This document shows, piece after piece, positions 36,644-51,100 of a stretch of DNA of 64,000 nucleotides (within the stretch, counting starts at the first letter, position 1; each line of letters starts with the position of its first letter). Both the position numbers and the translations under genes were made by a program. Under the pieces are notes generated by a model, which had not been told where the DNA came from, did not search any database, and worked only from the letters and a program-made list of their open reading frames with translations. The stretch is from Botryllus schlosseri. Lineage: Eukaryota. The stretch spans positions 9,982,001 through 10,046,000 of the forward strand of contig CM119380.1 in assembly GCA_051294905.1 (NCBI GenBank), given 5' to 3'.

Positions 36644-39390
36644 GTATACACGGTCATTTTGTAAGACAGGTCATACCTATTGTATTATCACGTATAATTC
36701 CCTAACTCTCATTCCCTCGTTCATGGCCCCCGTAGTTCAACACGGAACTTGTCAAAATATAGGAGCCTTAGTTACGCCGCGGCTACAGGTAGAATGTCCT
36801 CAGCATTGTCAGATGGTGAAAATTAACCAAAACATGTCTCAATTTGAATCAAACAACGCTATCATGATATATTTCTCATTTATGGTAATCAAAGGTACAT
36901 CTGTCGCCAGTAAGATTACATTTCATATAAATAAGACTTATATCGGAGCTGGTGTAGGATCTTCTAGCACGCATGACTATAAATATAGATCCAGATATAT
37001 ACGACTTTTTGAAACTTGGCGAATTGGTTTGGTTGGATCACGGCGTTATAGGATATTAACGCATATATCGTTTAAATGTTCTACATCTACTCGAAGTCAT
37101 GTACCAATTATTCGCGTTTTTCTTTCTTTCGGTTATACTTCTAGGTTCAAACCAGGCTGCGGCCCAATGCACACGAGACGACTGCAACTTATTCAGTTTA
37201 ATGTTAAACCATTTACAATTCTTCCAATTTAAATGTTGTGTATAGACCGCTTGCGGCCCGCCAGATGCCCGTGAAGCAATTTGGAGTATATTGAAAAATG
37301 AATGTATTATCAAGCGTATTTCTCAAATATCGAAATTTTTAGTAAGAAATACTTCCCCCAATACAGTAGATGTCGAGTATGTTCATATAGATCGCATTAT
37401 AACAAGCCGGAAGTCATGTTTTGAGTTCTATAGACACCGTTAGCAGCAAGTCGCTGACATTGACACCTAATTCCGATGAGGCAAAAATGTGCATATAATG
37501 AGTTCAGAGTTTTACGGAAAATTTGACCCAAACTAGTTATTCACTGAAGCAAAAACACCAATGCCAAATCCGTATATGCAGGTTGCATCGAGTATATAAT
37601 AGTTACGCAGGAATAAAATTCAAATATCTGTGGTCGCACTGCTGCATTAGTTCTAACTTAAAACGCCGAATCGCGATATAATAAAAATAATAATGAACTA
37701 AATTCCAACGTCCACGTTTACAGCTAAATCGTTTATATTCGTCCCAACGCATACGCAGCGTTGACGACAGCTAGAGCTAGTATACGACTAAAATCAAAAG
37801 AGCATAGAAATATGACAACTTATATCATAGTTTGACCCACTGTTATATCGGTTTATAACCGTATTTAGCCGCACAATCATCGTACTATTGCCAATTCAAT
37901 TGTTTGTTAGTAAAGGTGCAGCTTGAATAGAACCCCATATTACGGTAGTATAATATAATATGGTCTTTTGTATGTCGGCTTGATAGCAAAGTATTGAAAT
38001 GAAAAACATGGGTATGGATTTTGAAGTAATATTTTGGAATCATTTACTGGCGTGGTCCACAAGTGATAGGAATATTTGAAGTCAGCCCACGACATCAGTT
38101 GAGTTTGACACCCCTAGTGCGGGTAGAGGGATTTCAGCAATAATTTGACGCGAAGATCATCGTGGATGCACTGTACCATGATTGTACAAAAGCCTTTCTA
38201 TATCCAAGCATTATTGAGCTGTGCTAGTATCCATTTCGAGTTAGAAACGAAGATGTAAATTTCAATATTAATCATAATCGTAATCGGCGATATTATTTTC
38301 ATACCACAAACAATGCTATGTAATGGACAGGTAGGGGGGTGTCGAAACGAGTAAGTCAATCAATCTGACATCCACATCCGCCTATTAGTAGAATATTTTC
38401 GTTGGATTTCGGCAAAACAAAATCTGAAATGCTTCGTGTACCTTTCGTATAGGAATCATTTATTTATCCAAGCAGTCATTTAATACTCATAGTTGAAGTT
38501 TAGCAGTGCATCCGAATACCCTTCTCGCGCGACAATTTCTGCATAAATGTAATATGCAACATTATAGTTTTCGGTGTGTTTAAATTGATGGGTGACTTGC
38601 ATTTTCACGTATTCCGCATTGGAATAACGGACAAATTATTTCGCACCTGACGTTCATGCCAGCCTGCGATGAATGCGAAAGAGCCGATGCTAATCGACCG
38701 AATGTATCATACTGCAACCAAATTTATAAAGAATATCTGTCACTGTTAATGCAGGGTGTGATCAGACTAGTTGACCCTACCCGGAGTCATATCGATTACA
38801 CCCTATCCTACACCGTTAAGTATCTTGTTATTATTTCATGCGCCAATGTTATTTTCGTTTCGGTTGGACGAATCAATAATATTTCTCTCTCTCTCTCTTT
38901 ATTTCCACAGGAAAAACTAGATGTGACAAACGAAAAAAATTGGAGATTGAAAGTCACTCGACTGTTTAGTTCAAGTAAGGATGCTTTGTCACTGAACCGC
39001 TGTAATATGACCACTCTGCTGCGTTGTAGGATAGTTAATTTTCATATTCCGGTTCAATGTCTCTAATCCTCGTACTGCACAATGTAAATACATTGCAGGT
39101 GATTCCACATAAAACAAATAACTGTAGAAACATCATTCCAAATTGTTTGAATTGCATGGTTCGTTATGCTTTCGTAAAATTATTCTCAGATCCATAAGCA
39201 CAGCCATTTAAACATTCTTCAGCGTCTTACGCACGCGTGACCCGTAACCAAGTGAAGTAATGTGTAGCACATCGAATCAATTACATATTTAATTGAATTT
39301 TCGCAGTTCTTGAAATCAAATTTTTACAAATGTCGTTATATATGGTTTGACACAAATTGATAGACCTTATTATGGATGGAGATCACAAGT

Positions 39391-39668
39391 TGTTTTTTGT
39401 GATATTCATAGTGTTTGTCGACTATACTATGGTCATTTATACAAGGCCAATTTTCCTAATTCTTAATTTGTAACTGCCGACTTGTAGCACGGCCCACTCC
39501 TAGGCTTTTTATACGATACCGCTTGTACGCGGATGAGATGGCGATGAGGAGCCTAGATAAACCTCCAACATACTTAGATAGAAATTTTGGAGTGGACCTC
39601 GGTCGGACTCGAACCCGCAATCCATTGGTGTTGCATCTGTGGATTATACCACTACGCTATATCGCCAC
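39391..39668 (-). mobile_element. Full-length tRNA-derived SINE
   Basis: Has the full family sequence with a B box and a perfect 13-bp TSD ggagatcacaagt (39378-39390 and 39669-39681). Confidence 0.92.
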
Positions 39669-40459
39669 GGAGATCACAAGTGACAACATTATATTCTAAC
39701 CACAGCGTTGTAATATCTGTTCTGCACTAATGCACTTTGTATTGAAAGTGTGAAAATAGTTAACACTTTCAACTTTCTTATCTAAATTCATCGTTTGAAA
39801 TGAGTCTCGGATAATCGAATCAACTAGGCTATACTTCGTCACATACCTCCAACCAATAACGTGAAATCGCAGACTTGACGGTGAGTTCCAAATGTTTTTA
39901 GTGAAGAATTGTGATCATTATCTAAGTTATGATGTCACAATTATCTCAATGCAAATGCAGTTCGTAGGTTGGCACATGTAATATTCAGAGGTGGAGAGTA
40001 ACGGGGTGCTTCTATTTTTCAAAGTACCCCCAGTACGTTTTACCTGCTACATGTACCATATTACTTGGAAACCGCTATTTCAACTCTACTCAAGTATAAA
40101 TTTACGTTTCTACTTCTACTTCTGCTTGAGTTCCAATGATGAACACTTGACCCAGCGGTGGGCAACATATGGCTCACGGGACGGATCCGGCGCGCGACGG
40201 GATTTTGAGCGGCGTGCAGACAATTTCCGGTCTCCCATGGTTATTATTATTATTACACGGGTATTACAGTGACGCTTATCGCCGTTTAGGCCTTGTGCGT
40301 CACGACACAGATATAGGTACAGTTCAGTTTCATAGTACAGTTCAGATTCATCGTGCAGTCAGTATCTTCAACATCATGCAATGCTTCGTTGGACGACTTT
40401 CACTCAGTGCATTCACTCTTTCACTCTTTCACTCTTTCTCTTGCATGCGTCCGTCTTCG

Positions 40460-40647
40460 GGTCTCAGCTGCCGACTTTATGAGAGCGTGGCTTGCTCTGT
40501 GTCTGGGCTTTTTAACACACTGTTACTACAGTGAGATCGGCGATGAGGAGCCCAGATAACCTCCGACACATAGAAACATGGTAGAGCCGAGACTCGAACC
40601 AAGAACCATTGGTGTCGTGACCGCGTCGCTTAGCACACTGCGCCACT
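40460..40647 (-). mobile_element. SINE copy (diverged, 3' end unclear)
   Basis: The head reads agtggcgcagtgtg...ggttcgagtctcgg (A and B boxes), followed by ggctcctcatcgcc of the family body. Confidence 0.75.
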
Positions 40648-41089
40648 CGCTTCCCCGTCTCCCATGGTTACATACATTTGCGAGCAAATATTTTCGACCA
40701 TGAACAGTAACAATCTTTCCCAAGGGTTTCTACGTCTAATATGCAGCCAGAGTTCAAGGAACTAGTAGACAACTTTGATGGACCACAGATGTCTGATTGA
40801 CTTCAACAGCTATTGAACTACATTACGTTAATAATCTAATAAATGCTATTTTTGGTATCTGCATTTTAAACTTAAAGGTTACATTTGATACGATTTATTA
40901 CTTGTATAGGTGGATAAATACACGATTTATGTATCGATTCAAGAATCCGGTTCGCCAAAAGTCGTTAATTTTCCCATATCCGGCCCGCCGACTGGAGAAT
41001 TAGCCCGCCACTTACTTAGCCCAACTCTGGCAATATTATTATTATATACATTCTTATTAGAAATTTCATGCCGGTGACGTCATCTTTTG

Positions 41090-41245
41090 TGATACGATTG
41101 TTGATATACAATGTTGTTTCCAATTCTCTACTATCGTTGCTGACGATTACCACTCACGAGCGCCAGCCGAAAATATCCGGGCTCCATTTCAAAATGAATA
41201 TACTATTCAACTGTGTATTGAAGTTCGGCACCTCCAAGAACCTCT
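41090..41245 (+). repeat. HHR-bearing repeat copy (degenerate)
   Basis: tgatacgattgttgatatac...gttgctgacgattaccactcacgagcgccagccgaaaatatccgggc...cacctccaagaa aligns by eye along the whole family consensus. Confidence 0.7.
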
Positions 41246-42977
41246 TCTTATATATATGTCCAAATTCTTAACCTTCAGCTTGATATCTGTAAGTAGGAAG
41301 TCAATTCTAATAATTTTCCATTCCGTGCGATTCGCATCAAACATTTAGAATGCATTCAGATCGTTTGAATATCTAATCACATCATTCAAAGCGGATCAGC
41401 AAAAATTTTCTCAAAGCACTCAAAGCACATTTTCAAGTATATATATTCAAAGTATATTTGGTCAGTGGGAAAATCGACTTTGAATGGCAGTTTCCAATAA
41501 CCTCTTTAGCGGACTTGAGCGAATCGACCATATCCAAACACTCGAAACGATGACGCATGCAAGGATATGCAATAGACTCGAATATGCACGGTGTTATGAA
41601 TTGGTGATCGTATTTGCTTCAGCTACTATCAAGAATTAGGATGAGATAGAATCTTGTCTGTATTGAAGTCCGATTTGGAATGGCTCTGATTCGATTTAGC
41701 TCACCATCACCTGAAATCGAGCCAATGGTTGATATTCTTCTTCTTTTGAAAAGCTGATACCGCGGCGGCGGTATTACCGCCGTCCAGTTTTTATGAAGTT
41801 GGTATAGTGCCCAGCGTGGATTGAAAAGAAGTCATCGTTCGCGGCGAAATTTTTCGCCGGAAGCATGAACACTTCAATCCTGAGTTGCTGAATTATTCGA
41901 TCACGACTGTGGAATTGGAGTATTTTGTCACAATAAAAGAGTTTAACGTCCGCCTATCTTCCATCACATCTAGTCGACGACGTGTTGTGCCCCGAAGTGG
42001 CCTGTATCGAAGTACTTCTCCTTTACGAGAGTACTCAAATAGGTCTTCACTACCTCCACTAATACTTATACAGTGGTTATCAGGGTTGTTAATAAGTCAC
42101 AAGGTTCCGAGTCACAAGTCAATTATACTTTTATCGTTTTGACACGAGTCATTTTCCATTCACCACCGAGTAAAGTCCTAGTCCAAGTCCGGTACCAACG
42201 GCTCGAGTTCACTGTTCATTATCGAGATCAAGTCAAGTTCAGCTCACTTCTGTAAAATTCCAGGGTGATATCGCAGGCATCGATTTCATCATATACACAT
42301 TTTTCACTTTTAACCTGTTTATTCAAACAAATGAGGGTTTCATGACCTATTTTTAAAGTATCGGTCTTGATACACGAGACTTAATCAAGTCATGGAATAT
42401 CTCGAGTCATATGACTTGGTCGAGTCATACACAATGACAGGCGTACAAGTTGAGTCAATGCACAAATTGACTAGAGTCGAGTCGAGTTATTTGACTGGAA
42501 TCAAATTGAGTCAACGAAAAATACCTTGCAATTCATTACAACCCTTGTAGTTATGCTTCTGCTTGAACAGTCTTTTAGACAAATCTTCGTATATATTAGA
42601 TCCCGGATCCTGAAAATTATAATGAAGAGTTTTGACACTAGTTTGGATAACGTTTGTGAGTGGAAACGTAACCGAAACAACTTGAAATAACCCCTGTACC
42701 AAGGTAAGTCAACGTAAATTTGAAGGTTTAGCCTATCTGTAGTGTCATTAGTATGCACTATGCACGTATGCAAATTAGCGTTTCGTACTTGACTTTTTAA
42801 TTGCACCTCTCATCTTCATTTCCGTTGGAAATGTCTGTTTTTACGAAGTAGTTTGGCCTGATGAAACGTTTTTGACTTAAAAACTGACACATTTTTCCAT
42901 GAAAAAACTTTATTTTAACGAATTCTGGCCCTATGAGGAATTCCAGTACATCACGTATTATGGCAGAAAAGAAATAA

Positions 42978-43160
42978 CTAAAAATTTTTGTAGTACAACG
43001 AAAGATACTTTCCTGCATTCTCGGGTAGAAAGCGTCTGTCCTTGCTAAGTAGCTTGCCAAAGATCGGAGAAAGAACGTTCAACGGCAGCAGTTGTTGGGT
43101 GTCAACACTGACGTTGTTCGTACACTGCTGGTGAGACACCGTGTTGCTTCGTTCTGACAA
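42978..43160 (-). pseudogene. Second fossil hAT transposase C-terminal fragment
   Basis: Reverse-complement homologue of 21840-22190. Reads PTTAAVERSFS, then a frameshift to KLLSKDRRFLPENAGKYLSLYYKNF*. Confidence 0.65.
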
Positions 43161-44683
43161 TGTTGTCCACATCACAATTTTTCATCATGGGCTTCCTGAT
43201 GTAAGAACCAATGCCCACGAAGTCTTGCTTCAGTTAGGATATTGCGGTACGTTGAGCATAACACCATCTCCACCATTTAATTTATTTGACCGTTTATGAT
43301 TCAAAATGAGCAGACAATGGGCCGTCTACTAGGCCTTGCAAGATGCCAAATGTCAAATGATAAGTTCACCGACAGTGCAAACATCTACGATACAAAGTAA
43401 ATGCAGGTTGCAAATTATTTTTTACTTTGTAGACAATTTTGACATTTTTTTGACCTAACGCTACAATTTTGACAAAAGTGTGACTTATTTTGACATGTCA
43501 AAAACAAATCGGCCTAGTAATGAATGATGGACATTTTTCAGTAGGCTGTCGTCAGTTAGAATCCCGGTTCTGATGTGACGGATTAAATGCAGTGAAATAC
43601 ATCAGGTTGGACGTACAAGTAAACAGCTAATCGTGTACAGTAGTGGGTGATTAATTTACCCTTGATCATTGCATAAGTATCTCGCATGGTAAAAAATGGT
43701 GAGTCTATTATAATTTTATATAAGCTCACATAGCCCACATGTAAGCTTGTTGCTTCTATCCATTGAGGGACAAAGATAGTATGCTAATTCCGGAAGCCGT
43801 ATGACCAAATATAGGAAGAGCACACTATTCAGTGAAATGCAGCTCATGTTACCATCACTAGATAATCCAATGCAATCATATATATCCCTTATATATCATC
43901 ACAACACTCAAGAAACGCTGAGCCAAGCAACGAATGTTGTGGTATCACGGAATTTTCCCTCGTGTAACTGATACGATTAGCCTTGGCGGTAAAATGTGAC
44001 GCAGATGCTACGATTCAGAAAACCAATTCGATATCCTCATTGTTGTTGCTACAATGATCGCGTGGTAAGCATTTCACGAATTCTACCACGCAAGTTGACT
44101 CTAGAAACCCTATGAACAAGTGCTGTACATTTTTTCATAGTCCCGCATTGCCGTAGATATCACGTATACTATATATACGCAATGTTGTATAGAAACCTAT
44201 TTAGAGAAAACGAACCTGCTATAAATTAAGATTCAGTATCGGAGCCTGGATTAAAATTACCATAATCGTGGAAACAGCGCTGTAATCAAATAGACAGATC
44301 GATAACACTATAAACATAAAGATTCCTTTGTTAAGCTTGTCGGTGCGGAATTGAGCGCCCAGACCTGCAACTCACTATCCCGTTCGATGCAACGCCTGCT
44401 ATAGAATCAGTGCTCTTTCCAATAGAATCATGATAAAGTCTGCTCTGGTTAAAATTAAAATATATTAGCCGAGAATAAAAATAACATACCGACCAACCAA
44501 CAGAGTCGGGCAACTAGAAAATCTTCAGCCATTCCAAATTAGATTAGAATTAGAATTACTGAAGTCACAATAATTGGAAATTGAATGAAATTCCTGACTA
44601 AAAAGAAATGCAACAGAATTGAAGTTCAGTTCGTATCGAATCTTAGTTAATTCTGATAAGCATGAGTTGAGTATGCTGGCAAA

Positions 44684-45125
44684 TAGAGTTGCATTTAAAA
44701 CAAACGACTGTTTAAAACACTTTGTTTAAAACATGTTTTAAGCAGTGTTTTGAACAAAGGCCTTTGATTTTTTTACTTGTATAATTGGGCCGTAATTGTG
44801 TAAATATACTTCCCAAAAACATGTTGTATGGGCCTACGGACGATTACTACCCGATATGGCCGACGTATACGATATGGGATGGTTGGAGCCCTCAAGATAG
44901 TCGGTTCAAGAGCTATAGTACGTAGATATTTCGTCAAAGGAGCTATCGGGGCCTACGGTAACGTAGGCCCCAAAACTATATTTACCCTATATTTTCAATT
45001 GTCCATGACAATCCACCTTGATGTCACAATTGAATATTAGTGACGTCATGGCTTGAAAAAATAATAAAAAACGTGTTTTAAACGAGGGCCTTGTTTGAAA
45101 CATGTTTGTTTTAAATGCAACCCTA
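44684..45125. mobile_element. hAT-like MITE
   Basis: About 22-bp TIRs tagagttgcatttaaaacaaac / gtttgttttaaatgcaacccta. The flanks match only partially (ctggcaaa/ataacaaa). Confidence 0.65.
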
Positions 45126-48100
45126 ATAACAAATGTCTGTACATCGATATAGGCTCGTTTTGCCCTGTACAGTTCCCCTATATAGCATTTTCAAGAAAAG
45201 CAGAAATAGATTATAACTAACATTAGAGCATAGAAACATTTCGCAAATTAGATTAAAATTATGTTATCGACATTTCGCTTGAATTAGTCTAATAAGACAA
45301 CTAGAATTGCTTATTTGTCCAGGTCTGCAACGGAATTACATTTGTCCAGTAATCAGGGATATCTAGAAGTAGAGCTACAAACAGAAAAGCACCTAAGTCG
45401 ATGCAAAGAAAAAATGTGAGATCAAATTCATAGCAGATATCTGTGAGCAACTGAGCATGTCCAATGGGTGCAAACGGAAGTCTGACGTCAAAAAGGTCAT
45501 CCATCTTCGGACGACACGCACCGGAAGCACTACGTCACGGACTAAGATACAGTGGGAAAACAGGATTACTGTCACGATTATGAAACTTAGCCGCCTAAAA
45601 CACGCCGTGTCTGGCGGTGCTTAGTGCAGTGTTATTTTGCGCAGATTATCGTAATGCGAATCTGCATTCGTATTTACACATCGCGCTCGCTCAATATCTC
45701 CGGCATGCCTTGTTTACCGCACGGCAGTCGGCCGGGCATTGTTTTGAAATGCATGTCACAACCGCGTCCGAAACCTGTACGTGTTATCGTGGTGGCAGCA
45801 TCTAAAGTTTAAATATTTCCTGTGTGAAACAAGATGAGGTGTCTGAAAGCTGTTTGTGATTTCAATAGAAGAAATTGTGCTTATTTCTAATTAACAGAAT
45901 TTCGGTTTGATTTTACACATGTATGCGCTAGGAAAGTTATACACAGCACAGAGCATGAGACATTCCTCCATGTGGCGAATTGATTGCGCTCTCTAAACGC
46001 TGATTTTTTCCAAGTCATTGTCCATGTCACAACGACAATTTTTAGCTGTAACGTGTTCATAAAACCGCCGCTTATCCAATAACGCACAGAGGCGGATAGT
46101 CTGATAGTATAAGTAGAATCAACGTTTGGTTGTTACGCCAGTACGAGTAGAAGTAGGGATTTTCAAGTAAAAAAGTAAGTATTCCGGGCCTAGTTCTTCT
46201 TTAAAATATGGAAATTAATAAGGAGAAGTATAAATAGTTTAAATACATAACCAATGGAATAAATAAGACAATTGAGATTAAACCTAATTGAATTCTACGA
46301 AAAAGTAGCAATAACTAGTTACTGACCACCGGATAAGTGACCGTCACATTCCCTTGGGGATTTTCCCAATTAAATATTCGAGGTTTCATAAACGCATCAT
46401 GATTATCGAGGCTACGTATGCCTCTCCCAAATTATTCTAGGCGATATAACTAACCGCAAATAGTTTACTCGACCGCAAGCAACACATATTCTTGACATTC
46501 CAACGAATACCCGGGCGAGCGATAAAATTAATTTTTGATCCGCACACAAAATAACAAATTGAGATACGCGATCTGCGGATAATAATGTGCAATTACGGTC
46601 GAAACCTCATTTGAATACAATAACAACTAAAATCTCCTCCAGAACGTAATAACACCGCTTCGAGAATTTCAAGTTCTAGCCTGGGCCAAGTTCCATTTCC
46701 GAAGCCTGTTCGTTTCATGAGTAATGCCGGCTGTTTGTTTTTGTTACATGCCGATTTCGTAAACGCGCCCGTTGGAAAGGTGATACATGGCACGTTTTTA
46801 AAGCGAAAAGAATAAAACTGCTTGCTCGTAGCGAAAAGGACGATGGGATTTCGCGAAAATATTTCACTTGAACACAGAATGACACGTTCACCCTTGGAAT
46901 CTCTGTGGGCAATGAGCAGGCGTTTATTTGGATGGAATTCCAATGAAGACTAGAAGACGAGGTGTGATTATGTCAACCTCTTTCACACCCATCGACCGAT
47001 ATGCCGGTGTCGTGTCGTGTCGTGACAAGAGATGTGCAAAATCGAGTACCTGAGAGATTCTGTTCCGAATCGAGAATTGGGCTGTCAGTCGAGTCGATAC
47101 TCGAGAATTTATCACTTATTATGGCGTCTTAAGTATATGTATGACCATTGAGTTGACCATTGACCAGTGACCGCAATAAGGCGGCTGTCTAGAGTCGATA
47201 TATTTACCACCTACTGCAACGACGACTCCGGACATTCTCAATACACCGACTCGGACTCTGACTCCTGCACCTCTAAATACACGGAGACCGACTCCAGCTC
47301 CGACTCCTAACATAATATATTCACAGAACTACAATATTCCTGTAAACCTGCCCGAAAAACATACATCACCAACATCTTTTGGTAATATTATTATTATCAC
47401 CAAGGGAATTGTCCTGCGTCCATGCGTCTAAGACAGTTCTTACCAAACTAAACTTTCGACCGTGATGTCGTCGATAAGATTGTGCCCAATACCATTGCCA
47501 AGCTACACACACGGCGAAAAGCCCAACGTCAGGTCACTGCAAAGTGTTTCATTGTGATTAGCGCTTAACTACATCGAAACAGTTTTTCCATCAAGCAAGT
47601 AGAGAGTTTGTTTTCCGCGACTTCGCTTTCCGTCAATAAACCTCGAAAACATGAGCCAGGATTTGATGATGGCGACTTCACAGAAATGTCATTTTCACGA
47701 ACGTGCGTTGACTTATGTGTTTTGGATAATGTGAGATGCATTGCCTCGAATTATGATCGCGTCCATTGCGGGTATGAGGAGAAATAGACATTTTCCGCCA
47801 ATGAGGTCGAAATGGAAAATAGATGGGTCATTAGGTTGATATGATAAGAAATGCACAACCCGATATAGATTGCGAATATGAAGCATATATTACTTGCCGT
47901 GGCTTATAGTAAAAGTCATATAGGTAAATGCCTTATATAGGACAGCTGCGCTCTGCCTTCACGGAGGTTCAGTGATATGGTAGCATGTGGACTGTGAACA
48001 TAGGGCTAAACTGTGGGCTATGGTAAGTGGCAAACACGAATCTGTCAAAGACTCGAAAGTTGATTGAATTTAGCAATACCCAGTCTATAGTGCGAATGTA

Positions 48101-51100
48101 AATTATACTCAATAGTTCAGAATCGAATGGAAATCTCACCGAAAAAATTTGGCACATCAAAAATTGAAGACTGTTGAATGAAATGAAATAATCTAAAAAT
48201 ACCAGGTGTCAGACGCTGCATTGCACATCAATTTATAGTGCCAGTATTTTGATTGAGGAAAGACCACATCATTATATCAATCAATTTCAGTCAGTAAATT
48301 TCTATTACTAATTCATAAACCTCCCAGAATTGTAAAACGAGCGCGTACGATGACTATATGTTTAAACAGTTACGCGTGTAAAGAAACCATACGCCGGTGA
48401 CATGTGGATGTGGTGGTTACTGAGTACACTATATGAAGTTTGATATCATAATTGACATGAACCGAAATCGCCTTAAAACTGCGCAAATTATGCGTCATCT
48501 TGTCACAGCCTTGCACAGTGCACACGTTATAGGCTACCCCTAACGAAATATGATCAATTTCCATGTCAGGCATAGCCGTAGGATTAGAACGCTCTTTGGG
48601 TGCGGCTATGGAACGCTGCGAATTCGCTCGCTCATCATTCGGCGTATCGTATCGCATTGTAGAGAGCAAATACGAATTGGACAATCTTTTACCATCTTTC
48701 TCATACGGGATTGAACTGCGTTTCATCCGGATGGAAGTTTATACTGTAGACGCCTGTTTCAATAGAATCACAATATAGCATATAGGCTTGTTTAACGTGA
48801 CGAATGATATTAGATGTTGAACTATCATGAATGCTAAACACAACAATAACAATAACAACAAGAGCGGGGTAGCAGGGCGCTGCCAACAGTCTTTTCATTG
48901 TAGTGATTCGCAGTTTGCTTAACGTGCAGGTGCTGCTTTTGTTTACCGATGCCAGTCGTGTTTATTGCAAAGCACGAGCTGAGACCAGACGAAGCAATCA
49001 CACGAACTGAACCAACCCTTGCCTTGAGATATCTGATTTCTCGATACCGTCGATGCTTAAACACAATCCTCTTCTTGACTCAGATCGCCGCCTGTTCTCT
49101 TTACATTTGTGACTGATATTAATGTGCGTGGAATTTGAACAACACCCGCCCCGGTATTATGAGATGTCTCTGCATACCGATTGTCCCCAAATCAAATTAT
49201 ACTTTGAAGTCGTCGCAGCGGGTATAGCATCAATTTGCACACTAAAATATTCATTCGTCACGATTGTAATGACCGGTTAATGTAGCAAGACATTGCACCC
49301 CTGCGAAGCGATGGACACCCAACTGCGGTGCGAATAACATTAGCGAAGTGCTCATATCTGTGCTTATAGTCTACAAAGCTATTGAAAGACAAATTCGATT
49401 TCGGGGATTCGTTTCATGCTCAATTTAGAATGATCAGGACAGAAAATCATAAGCGGTATGATAGCATTTGAAACGCAAATAATTCAATACTTTTTCAGTC
49501 AAAGATTATCGCTGTGAACAACTCCTTCTGAATTATCCCGATACTCTTCACCTTTTCAAAACTCGAAATGACAACGGCGTATCTTAAACCCTGGGATTAT
49601 GTAATTAGTCAGGTTATATTAAATGTGTTATTCTCTTATAGAAGCTGCGTATTGATGATAATATAATCATTAATGAGTTGTCTGTAGATGCCGAACGCGT
49701 ATAGGCTCGATGCTGGCGTGTAGCTAAACCCTTCAATCGATGCACCTGCGGGCCACATAAATTCTATTTTATCAACACATCATCAGCCGATCAGTAATCA
49801 GTGATTGATATGTACAGAAATGGCCCTGTTAACTAAAAGGCACCGCGTGTATCAGACATTATCACGCTGGCATGTTGAAGACTATTCTGACTATGTCGGA
49901 ATCGACCTTGGCACCTTGTTATGATTACTCAGCCGATTACAGTGGGAGCCCGTGTTTGTACATTAGTATGGTATGGATTGTGTTATCGGGTCACACAGCG
50001 GGGAACGCATAGCTGGCTTCGCTTTCAGTTTTGAGTGCTCCCGTGTCATAGTTGATATCCAATATCCATGCACGAATCTGATTTGACCCGCGGGGACAAG
50101 GCATTGCGGAGATACGCCGGCTCTCATTATGTTCTCAACTGAACCAGCTGCCAAAGGTCGCCTACCTTATACTTTCATGATTCATTTTATAGACTCAGTG
50201 ATGTTTTTATTTCAGTATCAGTCGATATCTTTCGTGGAGTGGAATTAAGCGGGGTTGCAATCACGCGTGGAATGGCCGCTCATGTATCATAACTGCATGT
50301 CAATGGATATGATGATAACAGCTGTAACAGTCACGGTCTGTTATGGTAAATGCGTATTGCACATATAGACTGTTCGTAAAATGAAGGCTACAGAGTAGAA
50401 GGCGTATCTACTATCTATATATCGACAGTAAAATACAAATGTTCTTGGATTATATATACATTGCAGGGAGAAAACTGTGGGTCATAAGAGGTGATAACAA
50501 CGCCTTTTACCAAATTTCGCCACTAAAGCGCCAATGCATATAAGACGATAAGTAGGATTAACTGGCGTGCTTCATATATACCTTATTATCACCCCATCCG
50601 TGTTCGCGGCATAGGCACTTAGATGGTAAACGCACATCCAATGGAGTTGGTAGGAACATGTTTTGTACATAACTAATTAGTTCGAAACGGGATTGGTTGT
50701 ATACAAATTACCGATCGACAGGTCAAACAGAAATGAATTCATGCACTATTGTCAAGTCTACTCCCAATGTTCATTCACACGAATAGCGACAGATAATAGT
50801 GACCAAATCAGAAAGTCCTTGCAACTAATTCACATTTCGGATTCTCCGATATATGCTAAGCGTATTACCGAGGCCGTGAACCGACGCAGTGCTCCACTTT
50901 TCGACCAGTTGTATTCTCGGTATGCGCGTATTTTGCTGCTGAAATCCCGCATGCTGTAATAATACCATCACCCCAACGATCCATCATCATTACTCGGTCT
51001 GCCAGGTTTCAGATTTACCTCCACCGCTAGCTTTGTCGAAGTTACAGGGAATTAAGTGGCTCGGCAAAGAGATCTTCCTGTTAATTACGTTGACGGTATC

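Noticed and set aside
36723-39066. ORFs 36723..37232 (169 aa) and 38656..39066 (136 aa)
   Set aside because: They show no domain similarity I can recognise, and their composition is consistent with AT-rich non-coding sequence.
40580-40655. tRNA gene candidate
   Set aside because: A and B boxes are present but the acceptor and T stems pair poorly, and the sequence runs into the SINE body, so it is a SINE head.
40153-41029. Possible Charlie-type element (cagcggtgggcaac ... cttagcccaactctg)
   Set aside because: The termini match loosely and there is no TSD. It may be real but old, and its boundaries are unsupported.
43327-43519. Possible tiny MITE (ta|ctaggcc...ggcctag|ta)
   Set aside because: It has only 7-9 bp of inverted repeat and a single copy, which is not distinguishable from chance.
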